A stretch of 64,000 bases of DNA, from IMG/VR virus record IMGVR_UViG_3300035211_000097, positions 1 to 64,000 of that record; one strand, 5' to 3'. The position numbers and the translations under genes were made by a program. The notes beneath the pieces were generated by a model, which worked only from the letters and a program-made list of their open reading frames with translations, ran no database searches and was not told where the DNA came from. The first letter of the stretch is position 1, and each line of letters begins with the position of its first letter. The stretch is from a virus. Below are positions 35,734 through 46,550 of the stretch, in pieces.

Positions 35734-37434
35734 ATGAGTATAAGCAGTCGTACTTTTCAATCAGCCGGTAAGCTCTCACAGCATTATATTCCGGGTGCAT
35801 ATTCCCGAATAGACTCTGTGAAGGGTACTGGCGGTCTGGTATCGGCAAATAATTTAGTTATTATGGGGAAGAGTACGGGTGGTAAACCGACTGAGCTTCT
35901 TCAGTTTAACAAATTAACCGATGCTGTAGCGGTGTTAAAAGGCGGTGATCTGATGGAAGCCATGAGATTGGCTTTTAATCCGGGTGCCGGTTTAATACCC
36001 ACAAGAATTTATGCAATGCGTGTAAATTCCGCAGTGCAGTCAAGTTATGATCTGGTAGATGGCAGCTCGAATGACATGATTCTTCTGGAATCGAGGGATT
36101 ATGGTCTTCAGCAGAACCAGATAACTCTTTTGATGGTCGCTGGTACAACTCAAGGTAAAAAGATTACCATAGGGTTTAAAACCAATGAAGAGGAATTTGA
36201 TGACGTGTATCGGTCATCTTTAACCATCACACATGCCACAGATACAGTGACAATCGTGAATAACAGCACCACACAGACACTTACTCTGGTGTCAGCAGCT
36301 GTTACCATTGATCTGAATACATATCCTACTATTGGAGAATTGGCTGCATATATCAATGCGCAGTCTGGCTTTACTGCTGTAGTTACAGCTGGGGAAGAAG
36401 ATGCCAGTTCTCTGGAATTGGATGCAGTAACCGGACAATCCTTAACTGGTGGTTATGTCTGTCAGTCTACCTTTCAGGCTATTATTGACACGATAAATGC
36501 AGGATCGGTTTATGTAGAGGCTTCAGCAAACAATGGAGTGAATGACAGAGTAATTCCTGTCAATGTTGCTTCTCTTGCTTATTTTACAGGTGGTTCAGAG
36601 GGTTCTTATACTTCGACTGAGTGGACAAATGCTTTGAGTGCGTTGGAAGCTGAAGATATTCAGCTGATTGCTACTCCTGACACTACAGAAGCCAATCACG
36701 CTCTAATAAAAGCTCATTGTGAATCGATGAGTTCTGTGACAGGACGTAAGGAAAGGCAGTTTCTTGTGGGCGGTGACTGGGGAGATACAGAAACAGCTGC
36801 GATTACAAATGCCAAAGCATTGAATTCCAAGTATGGATTATATGTGTTTAATGGTGGTACTCAATACAATGTGAACGGTGTTTTGACAAACTATAATTCC
36901 GGGTTTGCAGGATGTATGCTTGCCGGTATGAAGTCAGCACTGGCAATAAACGCACCGCTCACATTTAAGACGCTAAACTTCATTTCTCTGGAAGCGAAAC
37001 TGAAAGACAGCTCTTTGGAAAATCTCATTAAAGATGGGGTGGCCCCGATTGCTTATAATAGCAATGAAATTGCTCACTGTGTAAGGCAGGTGAATACTTA
37101 CCAAACAGATGATCTGAAATGGAATGAATTCTCTATGGTTACGATTATGAATTTTGTTTCCCGTGACCTCAGGAACTTTCTGGAAAGCAGATATGTTGGT
37201 AAGGCTTCCACGACATTTTCGTTGTCTGCCCTCAGAGCGCAGATCGCCGGTAGACTTAATCTCTATGTAGATTTAGGTCTGTTTATTTCCGATGGCGAAC
37301 AGGCGTGGTGGGGTCTGAATTTATCAATAAACGGTGATACCGTGACGGTTGATTATGATGCGTACATTACAGCACCGATAAACTTCATTTTCATAACCAA
37401 CCACTTCCACGAAGTATCAGCGACAGCAGCTTAA
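35734..37434 (+). CDS. Tail sheath protein
   Basis: PGAYS.ID, G.S.GG.P, SRDYG, GG.EG, LTFK, P.NFI; 566 aa. Confidence 0.9.
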   Translation: MSISSRTFQSAGKLSQHYIPGAYSRIDSVKGTGGLVSANNLVIMGKSTGGKPTELLQFNKLTDAVAVLKGGDLMEAMRLAFNPGAGLIPTRIYAMRVNSAVQSSYDLVDGSSNDMILLESRDYGLQQNQITLLMVAGTTQGKKITIGFKTNEEEFDDVYRSSLTITHATDTVTIVNNSTTQTLTLVSAAVTIDLNTYPTIGELAAYINAQSGFTAVVTAGEEDASSLELDAVTGQSLTGGYVCQSTFQAIIDTINAGSVYVEASANNGVNDRVIPVNVASLAYFTGGSEGSYTSTEWTNALSALEAEDIQLIATPDTTEANHALIKAHCESMSSVTGRKERQFLVGGDWGDTETAAITNAKALNSKYGLYVFNGGTQYNVNGVLTNYNSGFAGCMLAGMKSALAINAPLTFKTLNFISLEAKLKDSSLENLIKDGVAPIAYNSNEIAHCVRQVNTYQTDDLKWNEFSMVTIMNFVSRDLRNFLESRYVGKASTTFSLSALRAQIAGRLNLYVDLGLFISDGEQAWWGLNLSINGDTVTVDYDAYITAPINFIFITNHFHEVSATAA

Positions 37435-37445
37435 GGAGGAAACAA

Positions 37446-37910
37446 ATGGCTGATAAATTGATAGCAGGTGGCGCATGGGTAAAAATTCTTGCCGATGGAC
37501 AACCTATTGGTCTGGCTACCGGTGTTTCCTATGATGAGGACTGGGCGGTAAACCCGGCAAACGTAATTGGTTTTTTAGGGCCGATAGATTATGATTCACA
37601 GGGTTATTCCTGTAGTATCAGTATGCAGGCGTTCATCCCTGAAAAAATTGCGCAGAACCCCGGAGGCAGGACATTACCGGATGGCAGTATCACTACCATC
37701 TCTGATTTAATTCCTACCAGAACCGAAATCCAAAATCAGGGTGGAAAACCGAGACAGCTGGATGATTTATCTCTGGTAAATGTATCCAATGGTGAAGTAC
37801 TGGCTTCATTCAGAAATGTAATGATTGCCAGCAATGGTGTGCAAGTTACACCGAACAGTTACGTGACATCGAATGTCAGGATGCTTGCAGTCGAAAGGTA
37901 CGTAGCGTAA
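37446..37910 (+). CDS. Tail tube protein
   Basis: Follows sheath; IG.ATG.S..E......IG..GP. Confidence 0.8.
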   Translation: MADKLIAGGAWVKILADGQPIGLATGVSYDEDWAVNPANVIGFLGPIDYDSQGYSCSISMQAFIPEKIAQNPGGRTLPDGSITTISDLIPTRTEIQNQGGKPRQLDDLSLVNVSNGEVLASFRNVMIASNGVQVTPNSYVTSNVRMLAVERYVA

Positions 37911-37927
37911 ATAGCAGATGTATTTTC

Positions 37928-37958
37928 AGAAAGGGGTGGGATAAGTCTGCCCCTTTCT
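37928..37958 (+). terminator. Terminator hairpin after tube
   Basis: AGAAAGGGGTGGG-ATAAG-TCTGCCCCTTTCT. Confidence 0.6.
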
Positions 37959-37978
37959 TATAAAAGGGAGAGATTATA

Positions 37979-38365
37979 ATGGAAAAAAAGACAGCAGAAC
38001 ACAGAATTGGTAAACAGGTACTCACAGAGGACGATCTGAAAATAGAGGTGCCCTATAAAGATGAACTTTTTGTAATGAAGTACCCTACACCGTGGGAAAA
38101 AGCACAGATTGAAAGAGTAATTGCCGGTCATCTTAATGGGATGCCGAGAGCTTCATTTCCCGAAGGTGAACTTTTTCGTATACAGGCCATGTGCTATGTA
38201 GATGGCTTGATGATCCCGGACTTATGCCCTGACTGGTTTGTTAATCCATGGCAGTGCTACGATGAACAGCTTGTCTTGGAACTTTTCTCAGGGTACTTAT
38301 CCTTTCGTGACGAATTTGTCAAAAACGTTAACAACGGACGTTATCGAAAAGGAAGTACAGGATAG
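37979..38365 (+). CDS. Tail assembly chaperone (G form)
   Basis: Between tube and tape measure; P.WF...Y..FR motif. Confidence 0.75.
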   Translation: MEKKTAEHRIGKQVLTEDDLKIEVPYKDELFVMKYPTPWEKAQIERVIAGHLNGMPRASFPEGELFRIQAMCYVDGLMIPDLCPDWFVNPWQCYDEQLVLELFSGYLSFRDEFVKNVNNGRYRKGSTG

Positions 38366-38654
38366 TTTTGATTTAAAATTAGATGTCTGGATTTGTGAGC
38401 ATTTTAAGGTATTGCCTACAGAACAGAGATTTAAGGATTTATCAGGTAGACAGAAACTGATTTTGTGGTTTGGTTGCTTATATACACCGAGTAGGGAAGT
38501 GATGCAAAGAAGTTTCTTACTTTCAAAAAAGAATGAAGAGAGGTTTGGTGTTGATGAGGTAACAGCTGATGCTCTTAAACAGAGTGGTTACAGCAAAGAA
38601 CAAATAGAGGCCATACAAGATCAGCTGAAAAAGTTTACAGAGAAAGGTGAGTAA
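38238..38654 (+). CDS. Tail assembly chaperone +1 frameshift extension (GT form)
   Basis: +1 frame relative to 37979; no evident RBS/start; W....FKVLPTE.RF..L; slip site TCC TTT CGT at 38300. Confidence 0.7.
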   Translation: MLIHGSATMNSLSWNFSQGTYPFVTNLSKTLTTDVIEKEVQDSFDLKLDVWICEHFKVLPTEQRFKDLSGRQKLILWFGCLYTPSREVMQRSFLLSKKNEERFGVDEVTADALKQSGYSKEQIEAIQDQLKKFTEKGE

Positions 38655-40682
38655 ATGTCTGATATTATGAGTCGTATAAAATTACAGGTAGAGGGAGCTG
38701 ATCAATCTGTACGGGAAATTCAGAAACTTAAAGGTGCTTATGACGAGGTTTCTGATTCTGCAAAAGGCATATCAGGTGGTGTTTCTGCCGATCCGTTTGA
38801 AAAAGCGGTGTCTTCTGCCCCTGCTGGCGGTGCCGGTACTGCCGGTCGCTCAGAACATAATGATTTAATGGACAGGGCCAATGATCGATTGGCCTCTCAC
38901 TATAATACAGCTGGGGCCATGGGTTCACAGGTACCCGGTGCAATAAATACAGCTTCCAGTGCAATATCTCAGATAGGTTCCGGGCAAGGTGCCAGTGGAG
39001 CCGGTTCTGCCATGGGGGGTTTGGCCCGTATGATCGGAGCCGGTACTACAGGTGGTTTGATTGCCATGGCAGGGTCAGCTGTACTGGGCGGTATTGGTGC
39101 GTTATCCGGGGAAGAAAAAGAACTGGTACAGCAGTTACACGGGACAGGATTATCTACCCGATTAGATGCTGGCTATTCTAATATGCGTAATTCTATGATA
39201 GGTTTCGGGCAAGCCGGGGTAGCTTCTCAGAGACTGTCTACTTTGATGCAGTCGCTGGCTTCTTCAGGGGGACAGTTTACAGCTGGTACATGGAATACAG
39301 TAAAGGAAGCTACTCAGTATATGGAATATTTGGGGCTTCCTCCTGAAACAATAGGACAGTTTCTCGGTACTCAGCAGCAGGCAGGTTATACTGGTACCGT
39401 AAACAAGCAGATATATGCTACTGCATATCAGACATTCGGTCGTGGTATGGCTGATTCTTATATGAGTGAGCTTACCAGAATGCAGAACCAGTCGTTATCA
39501 TTGACACAGAAAAGAGGTGTCGGAGCCGAACAGGATATTCTATTATCTAATGCAAATTTACTAGGTACACTGGCTACCGGTGGTGGTATGTCTGCGCAGG
39601 GTGCTGTTGCTGTTATGCAACAGGCTGAAAGTGCAGGCCGGGCCTCTGCTACATTAAGCAGACCTGAAGATGTTGTGGCTTATCAGGCCATGAAAAAATT
39701 ATATCCGAATAAATCCATGACAGAATTGATGATGTATATGGAGTCTCACCCGATAGAGGTATCCAATGCTGTTGCCGGTTATATCAGCGATACTTCAGGA
39801 AATGCGGATGTAGCCCGGCTACGTATGAAGCAATATTTGGGTGGCAATGTCAGTCAGGCTGATGCTTATATGAAAGCTAATGCGCAGATGGAAAGAGAGG
39901 GTGTTGTTCCGGGGTCAGCACGGGCCACTGAAATTCTCGCAGAAGCAGGGGCGGTCGCTCAGGAAGGTATGCAGGCTACAGCGATTGATCAGTCTAAACT
40001 TTTCGAGGGATTACAGAAAGCAGCTTATGATATTTCACAGATGTTTATAAAATTGTTTAAGGGTGATGAAGTCACTATAGAGGGTCTTGAATTTGGAATG
40101 ACCCCGAAACAGTTTGAAGAACAGCAGTTCTGGAATGAAAAATATATTGATCAGTTCAGAAACCCTGAAAGAATAACCGCAAGTGAATTGTGGATAGATA
40201 AAATGATCACAAGTGCCAGGGTATCTGAGTCAGGCAAACAAGAAATTACAGATATCTGGGCTAAAGTTCTTCCGCAGCTACCTTCTGGTGCTTCACTTAC
40301 TGACTTTGCTGATTCTAATTATGAGTTTAATGCAGGCGCACCGGGGACTATAAACAATCTACCTGGATTGTACCAAGCTATTTATACAAACTTGTCTGAC
40401 TGGGAAAGTAATTCGCAGGAGAGATTTAACGAGATTGTAAAAGAGAAATTTGCACCGTACATCGATCTTAAAACCAGAGGAAATCTTGATGCTTCTTATG
40501 ATATCATACAGTTAATAGATAAGAAGTTCGGCGGTGAAATGGATTTAGCGACTGAGAAGGAAATGTTTTTAGTTCTGATGAGGTTATTAGTAGACTCTTT
40601 TGATCAGCTGAAAGGCGAGATGGAAAAAAGTAACCAGATACTTTTTATGGATGAAGAACCTCAGTTTCAGTCATTTAAGTAG
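38655..40682 (+). CDS. Tape measure protein
   Basis: A/G-rich helical, after chaperones, 675 aa. Confidence 0.75.
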   Translation: MSDIMSRIKLQVEGADQSVREIQKLKGAYDEVSDSAKGISGGVSADPFEKAVSSAPAGGAGTAGRSEHNDLMDRANDRLASHYNTAGAMGSQVPGAINTASSAISQIGSGQGASGAGSAMGGLARMIGAGTTGGLIAMAGSAVLGGIGALSGEEKELVQQLHGTGLSTRLDAGYSNMRNSMIGFGQAGVASQRLSTLMQSLASSGGQFTAGTWNTVKEATQYMEYLGLPPETIGQFLGTQQQAGYTGTVNKQIYATAYQTFGRGMADSYMSELTRMQNQSLSLTQKRGVGAEQDILLSNANLLGTLATGGGMSAQGAVAVMQQAESAGRASATLSRPEDVVAYQAMKKLYPNKSMTELMMYMESHPIEVSNAVAGYISDTSGNADVARLRMKQYLGGNVSQADAYMKANAQMEREGVVPGSARATEILAEAGAVAQEGMQATAIDQSKLFEGLQKAAYDISQMFIKLFKGDEVTIEGLEFGMTPKQFEEQQFWNEKYIDQFRNPERITASELWIDKMITSARVSESGKQEITDIWAKVLPQLPSGASLTDFADSNYEFNAGAPGTINNLPGLYQAIYTNLSDWESNSQERFNEIVKEKFAPYIDLKTRGNLDASYDIIQLIDKKFGGEMDLATEKEMFLVLMRLLVDSFDQLKGEMEKSNQILFMDEEPQFQSFK

Positions 40683-40688
40683 GGGATC

Positions 40689-42104
40689 ATGAATATAAAA
40701 GAAAGCGGAGTAATAGAAGACAGAACCCCGAAGATTACAGTCGAGATAGATACATGGAACTGGGACACCGGCAAAAAGGTACGTGTTTACGATATAACCA
40801 AACAGGTTATTCGCTACCAATTTCAGAAAACTATTAAGTCTACAGGCGGTTCCTGTACGGTAGTCATAACTCCGATAGTGGAGAGTGATAATGCCATGAA
40901 CCTGTTTAATACTATGGATGTGGTGAGGATTAAAGAATATGATATCACCAAATTTATAGGTATTATACAGACTATAAATTACACTGCCACGGCAAGTAAT
41001 GACGGCAAGGTAACCACTGGTATTAATATAGGGGCCATCGGCATTAGCAGTATTTTATCATCAGCATCTATCGGTTTACAGATGGGTGCTTTGCTGGATG
41101 AATTTGATGCTCTGGTGACTGCGATAAATGAATTACAGGTAAACTTAGGAAAAATTCTTGACGGTTTAAATACGCCCACTTATGCAGATATTGTGAAGGT
41201 TCTCTTTGAGAACTTTTTTGGTGTAGTGGACAAACTGGGAGTTACCGGGTATCGAAATTTTATAAACACATATTTTGATTTGACCACTGCTTTAGAGTCA
41301 GTGTATTCACCTACTCTGCCGAGGACATACACACCTTATTCCGGGACTGATGAAAATATAAACTTGTGGGATATTCTTTCACAATTTATAGAAGCACCAC
41401 TCATGGAAATGTGGTGTGATTGTGGCAAGCGTTCTGTAAATATTAATGGTAAGAATATTACGCTGGCAGATGGAAAAATGTACCTTATTCTTCGATCTAC
41501 TCCCTATAACGATACTGCATATGGAGACAAATCAACCACAGCTTTTGATGATTTACCAGAGTATAAAATACCGGCGAGCGTAGGCACACAGCTGAGTATT
41601 GGCAGGAGTGCTTCAGAGGCGTATTCTACGTTTACAGCTATTCCTTCAGCTTTTGACTTAGGGAGTACACTGCGGAATTTAGTTGGCTCTGCGAAATATT
41701 CTGAAAAGAACTTGAATAAATATTTGTACAAACCTATAAATCTTACTCTTTATTTTCTGAGAAAAGAAAGTCTGGATGACAATTCTGAAAGGATTAACAC
41801 ATCAGAAATAAATGGTACTGTAGAGGACATTTCTACTACTTTGAAAAATTGGTTTGAGGATAATGATTTTTATTTAAACGGTTCACATAAAATAATAGTT
41901 ACCGAGGATCATGATTATTTTATTGGTACCAGAGTTTTGTTAGAAATTACGAATGGTTATTTCTATTGTGAGTCTGTAAATCACAGTTTTACATATGGGG
42001 GGCAGATAACCTCTGATTTATTATTAACCAGAGGTGTGGGAAAATCCAATGAAAATAAAAGACTGCGGTTACGTGGACGGCTGTTTGAGTCTGGGAGTGA
42101 GTAA
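40689..42104 (+). CDS. Baseplate hub protein
   Basis: KTI....GS, E...D, ILR.TP, YCESV.HSF......LTRG. Confidence 0.65.
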   Translation: MNIKESGVIEDRTPKITVEIDTWNWDTGKKVRVYDITKQVIRYQFQKTIKSTGGSCTVVITPIVESDNAMNLFNTMDVVRIKEYDITKFIGIIQTINYTATASNDGKVTTGINIGAIGISSILSSASIGLQMGALLDEFDALVTAINELQVNLGKILDGLNTPTYADIVKVLFENFFGVVDKLGVTGYRNFINTYFDLTTALESVYSPTLPRTYTPYSGTDENINLWDILSQFIEAPLMEMWCDCGKRSVNINGKNITLADGKMYLILRSTPYNDTAYGDKSTTAFDDLPEYKIPASVGTQLSIGRSASEAYSTFTAIPSAFDLGSTLRNLVGSAKYSEKNLNKYLYKPINLTLYFLRKESLDDNSERINTSEINGTVEDISTTLKNWFEDNDFYLNGSHKIIVTEDHDYFIGTRVLLEITNGYFYCESVNHSFTYGGQITSDLLLTRGVGKSNENKRLRLRGRLFESGSE

Positions 42105-42947
42105 ATGAAAAAACGGCATGTAGGTTTTCAGACGGTACCACAAAATAGCATGAAGAACCTGAACAAGAAGCGGATAGTCAGAGAGATGGTTCTGGCTACT
42201 GTGAAAAAGGTTCATCCCGATAGATACACTTGTGATGTTACTACCGAAAACGGCAGTGTAATGAAAAACGTTCCGGTCATGGCTGAGTGTGGTTTAATTG
42301 GTGATACTCAGGAGATATACGGAACTTTTGATATGCCAGAAGTAGAATCTTCTGTAATAATTATATTTGTTGGAGGCACTGCCGATAAACCCTTAATTAT
42401 TAACGCTTCCTTTTTTCCTTATTTGTACGATGCATACGGTAAAAGTCAGACAGCAGTAAATTCTTCCAGTAAAGCAGAGACAAAAAAACTTTTGGAAGAG
42501 GGAAAAGAACGTTATTACCGTAAGATTTTCAAGAGTGGTACGACCGTGGAGGTCACGGATGATGGTACAATTAAAGTAGAGGTACCGAGTGGTTCCATTG
42601 TTACTGTGGATGAGAGTAGTGACCTTATATCTATAAAGCATAATAACGGGTCTGAAATACTCGTTGATGTCAATATGTCTGTTAAGCATAATAATGGTTC
42701 CGAGATCGTCATAAACGGTTCTGAGCTGTCTGTTACACATAATAATGGGTCTAAAGTTACGATTGATGGTATCGGGATATCAGTGAAACATACCAGTGGG
42801 CCTGAGGTATATGTGGATGTTACTGGTATTACCTTGAAATCAGGGGACGCTACTATATGGCAACCGAACACATTACCCGCATGTTTGTTTTCAGGTGCGC
42901 CTCATGGTGGTGTTTCTGGTGGTATTTCGAAACTAAAGGGCGGTTGA
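42105..42947 (+). CDS. Baseplate central spike (gp5/gpV-like)
   Basis: N-terminal OB fold (MPE..S.V.I.F), SxxHxxG beta-helix repeats, C-terminal CLFSGAPH. Confidence 0.75.
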   Translation: MKKRHVGFQTVPQNSMKNLNKKRIVREMVLATVKKVHPDRYTCDVTTENGSVMKNVPVMAECGLIGDTQEIYGTFDMPEVESSVIIIFVGGTADKPLIINASFFPYLYDAYGKSQTAVNSSSKAETKKLLEEGKERYYRKIFKSGTTVEVTDDGTIKVEVPSGSIVTVDESSDLISIKHNNGSEILVDVNMSVKHNNGSEIVINGSELSVTHNNGSKVTIDGIGISVKHTSGPEVYVDVTGITLKSGDATIWQPNTLPACLFSGAPHGGVSGGISKLKGG

Positions 42948-42948
42948 T

Positions 42949-43731
42949 TTGGGAACTGATGTTTTAGGTATAAACATTCTTAATGCTATAGACGCTCTCT
43001 CGTCTCCGAATAAATTAGTTCGTGCTGAGTTGATGAAAGCTCTGGGTAATGCTATAGAGGATTATTATTATCCATTACTTCCAGTTAGTATAACAGGACA
43101 CGTAATAGATTATCCCGGAAGTTCAGCCCCGACTGGGTATTTAAAATGTGATGGATCATCGGTAAGCAGAACAACATATGCTACATTATTTTCTGTGATA
43201 GGGACTACTTTTGGTTCCGGGGACGGCTCTACTACATTTAATCTGCCGAATTTAACTGTTCCTTTATCAAGGTTATCACATGTCAGGGTAGAAAAAAATG
43301 CAGCACAAACAGTGGCTAATACTGCGGAAAAACTTATATATGGTTCTACTATTTATGATGTATACAGCGAATGGGATTCTACAAATAATCGCTTTGTGGC
43401 ATCTCAAGATGGATATTATATGTTTACATCCATGGTACAGAGTCAAAATTATTCAGAAACTACCGGCGATTATATGCACATGGAAATATATATAAATGGA
43501 ACAAAAGCAGTTCGTATGAACAAGCATGCTGTTCAATATGGGGGTACTCGTTACTGGGCATTTATCGGGGCGACTCCCTTATTTATGAATAAGGATGACT
43601 ATGCAGAAAATTGGTGGTTCGGCACAGGTTTGGGTGCGATGAATATTAGTGCTACTGGGGAGCATAATTATTTTACGATTGATCAGCAGGTGTCCGCAGA
43701 TCCTAATTTGACACGTATAATTAAAACATAA
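42949..43731 (+). CDS. Tail-collar domain + C1q-like receptor-binding protein
   Basis: PTGYL.CDGS.VSRTTYA.LF.VIGT.FG.GDGSTTFNLP; RF.A..DG.Y.F. Confidence 0.75.
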   Translation: MGTDVLGINILNAIDALSSPNKLVRAELMKALGNAIEDYYYPLLPVSITGHVIDYPGSSAPTGYLKCDGSSVSRTTYATLFSVIGTTFGSGDGSTTFNLPNLTVPLSRLSHVRVEKNAAQTVANTAEKLIYGSTIYDVYSEWDSTNNRFVASQDGYYMFTSMVQSQNYSETTGDYMHMEIYINGTKAVRMNKHAVQYGGTRYWAFIGATPLFMNKDDYAENWWFGTGLGAMNISATGEHNYFTIDQQVSADPNLTRIIKT

Positions 43732-43740
43732 GAGGGGAAG

Positions 43741-45465
43741 ATGAACGTTTTAGAAAAGAGTTGGCTTTTTGAAGTCGTAGATAGAAAGACAAACTTGATA
43801 CAGGAATCTTTTACTCTGGTACTCCCTCCGAAAGCTGTTACTGTAAAGGAAGGGCAACGTGTCAGTATCACAAAGACTTTTGGTGAACCACACATAGACG
43901 ATTATGGGGCTGATAATATCCAGTTGACTATAAAAGCAGAGTCTGGTACAGCGAATAAATTACCGACATTTAAGACTTCAGGGGTGTCCGGGGCTACTTC
44001 TTCGTTTGCTGCCAGTTCACAGACATATACAGGTCGGGAGGCTTTTCAGGAATTTAGAGACAATATAATGCGGTATCGTACAAAGCATAAAAATAAATAT
44101 GACAGATATGATTTGCACGTATACGATTTTGAGGATGAGTCTGCTTATGTTTGTTCTCTACTTGATTTTTCTCTGGAAAGGGTTGCCAGTACTCCATTAA
44201 GGTATCCTTTTACCATTTCTCTTTTTGTAAAGAAATTGATGAATGCTGCGTTGCGATGGAATGCTGCTGACAAAATATTAGGACAAAAATATGGTATTGA
44301 TGATGCCATCAAAGCGATAAACACAGCAATAGAAGCAGTGGACAACGTAGGTAGTTTATTGGACAAAATATCTGTGGAAGCAGTTTTTAACGCTGACAAT
44401 CCTGTACTGAGGGCCTTAAACGCTCTGTCCAGTTTGAATGCTGCCGGTCAGCGATTTATCGGGAAAACAAAACAGCTTGGATTACAGCTTGATTTAATAA
44501 AATCACGAGCGCAGAGTTATGTAGACGATGTGCAGGGAATTGTACAGTTTCCTGCCGATCTCATTAAGTCAGCAGCTGATCTGGCTTTTGAGATTGCTGT
44601 GATTCCATCAGAAATAGTTGACTCAGCCGTGAACTCTTTTAACGATACGGTAGAGGCTTATGCAGAGATTGTGGATCATTTTAAAAGGATAGGTAATTCT
44701 ATCAGCAGGGCGTATATAGCATCGTTCAATATCGACTCAAAGAAGACAGAGGCTTCCGTGTATCCTACTGATGACGGAGACCCGGCACCACCTACTGAAT
44801 CTCAGTTGCTGGGGAATTCTACTTTACTTGCTGGTACTTCTGATCTTGCTTTTTTAACAGATACAGAAACCAGTGAAATTGTTAAGTATAACAGTGAAAC
44901 TACTGTCATTGTCCGGGAGGGTATGACATTAGAGAATATTGCGAATGATGTCGGTTTGGATGACTGGGTAGCCATGGCTTCACATATGGGTATTACAAAC
45001 AATGACTTATATCCCGGAATGGAGCTTACAGTTCCTATCATAATTCCTGAATCTTCTATCGCTCAGAATGAATCTTTCATTTTAAGTGAGGGAGGCATAG
45101 AAGTTTACGGTAGGGATTTACAGGTTGATGATGACGGTGATCTGGTGGTACTGGAAAGTGGTTTATTAGGAACCATAGAAGGTGTTGAGAATGTAAAACT
45201 GGCAATAGATCGCAGATTAAAAACAGGAATAGGTAGCCTTGTCAAAAATACCGCTTATGGATTGTCGATTACAGTCGGTAATGCTGGTACAGTTATGGCT
45301 ATTAAATATTTGAAAATGGCTGTGGAATCTACCATTTTGGCTGATCCACGAATTTCTTCTGTATCAAACATCGATGTGTATACTGAAGGGGACACTTTTA
45401 AAGTGAGCTGTACCTTGCAGTTGACTGCGTTGGTTACTACAGAATATGTAGGGAGTTTAATCTAA
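43741..45465 (+). CDS. Fused baseplate protein: tube-initiator-like, LysM-like and gp25-like wedge domains
   Basis: V.EG.TLE.IA...L.PG.EL.VP; G..N...AI..RL.T..G.L....YG...DPRI. Confidence 0.7.
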   Translation: MNVLEKSWLFEVVDRKTNLIQESFTLVLPPKAVTVKEGQRVSITKTFGEPHIDDYGADNIQLTIKAESGTANKLPTFKTSGVSGATSSFAASSQTYTGREAFQEFRDNIMRYRTKHKNKYDRYDLHVYDFEDESAYVCSLLDFSLERVASTPLRYPFTISLFVKKLMNAALRWNAADKILGQKYGIDDAIKAINTAIEAVDNVGSLLDKISVEAVFNADNPVLRALNALSSLNAAGQRFIGKTKQLGLQLDLIKSRAQSYVDDVQGIVQFPADLIKSAADLAFEIAVIPSEIVDSAVNSFNDTVEAYAEIVDHFKRIGNSISRAYIASFNIDSKKTEASVYPTDDGDPAPPTESQLLGNSTLLAGTSDLAFLTDTETSEIVKYNSETTVIVREGMTLENIANDVGLDDWVAMASHMGITNNDLYPGMELTVPIIIPESSIAQNESFILSEGGIEVYGRDLQVDDDGDLVVLESGLLGTIEGVENVKLAIDRRLKTGIGSLVKNTAYGLSITVGNAGTVMAIKYLKMAVESTILADPRISSVSNIDVYTEGDTFKVSCTLQLTALVTTEYVGSLI

Positions 45466-46547
45466 TGGCTTTCGGAATAAAGAGTTTTAATACAATCGTA
45501 AGTGACATGGTCGCTTATATTACGCTTCATTCTTCCAAGATAACTGATTTCAGTCCGGGGAGTATTATGCGGTCAATGCTGGAAGGTGTTGGTATTGCTC
45601 TGGAAGATTTTTATTTTGCTACATATGTAGGGTTTAAAAATTATCTTCAGAACATACAAAAATATGTCTTTGATTTTCCACGAAAGGAGGGGCAGAAAGC
45701 TACTGTAAATGTGGTTTTCAGCAGGACAGATACATCTTCGAGCGCAACGATCCCGGCAGGTACTGAGGTGCAGACAGCTACGGGCTTGAAATTTTATACT
45801 ACAACTCTGGTAACCATTAATGTAGGGGTTACTGATTCTGTGGCTACTGAAGTGGAAGCGGAGATTGTCGGTAAGGATTATAATGTAGGTGCTGGGACTA
45901 TTAATTTGATTTCTTCAGCAGTGCCTCATGTGGACACGGTTACTAATGCAGCTTCAGCAGCAGGCGGTATCGATCAGGAAAGTGATATCTCGTACAAGGC
46001 TCGGTTCCAGCTGTATATTGAAGGATTGGGCCGATGTAATGTTGCCGGTTTACGAGCAGCTGCATTAGGTGTTGAGGGTGTAACTTCAGCTTATGTGGAA
46101 GAGCATTTTCCTCCGATCAGTGATGTGAATGCTACAATGTACATTGACGATGGTTCAGCTGGCGGTGCCAGTGCTGCGTTGGTTCAGGAAATTCAGGATT
46201 TAATAGATGGGGACGGGACAGAAGACAATCCCGGATACAGAGCTGCCGGGGTACAGATAATAGTTGTGGCCCCTACAGTAATTCTACAGAATGTCACGGC
46301 TACTATCGAATTGCTTACTGATATCGATCCAGCGAATGTAGACACTCAGATTAAAGAAGCCATCACTTTTTATATGGCCTCTCTGGGAGTGGATCAGGAA
46401 ATTGTCAGGGAAGAAATAGATTATGCTATAATGAATGTACACGGTGTTTATAATTGCGAGGTCACAATACCAGCAACAGATGTGGCTATCGGTGCTAATC
46501 AGGTAGGGCGTGTGGGTACCTTCAGTTTTACTTATATTGAGGTGTAA
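45465..46547 (+). CDS. Baseplate J-like wedge protein
   Basis: DFS.GS..RS..E, IPAGT, GG.D.ESD. Confidence 0.85.
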   Translation: MAFGIKSFNTIVSDMVAYITLHSSKITDFSPGSIMRSMLEGVGIALEDFYFATYVGFKNYLQNIQKYVFDFPRKEGQKATVNVVFSRTDTSSSATIPAGTEVQTATGLKFYTTTLVTINVGVTDSVATEVEAEIVGKDYNVGAGTINLISSAVPHVDTVTNAASAAGGIDQESDISYKARFQLYIEGLGRCNVAGLRAAALGVEGVTSAYVEEHFPPISDVNATMYIDDGSAGGASAALVQEIQDLIDGDGTEDNPGYRAAGVQIIVVAPTVILQNVTATIELLTDIDPANVDTQIKEAITFYMASLGVDQEIVREEIDYAIMNVHGVYNCEVTIPATDVAIGANQVGRVGTFSFTYIEV

Positions 46548-46550
46548 ACA

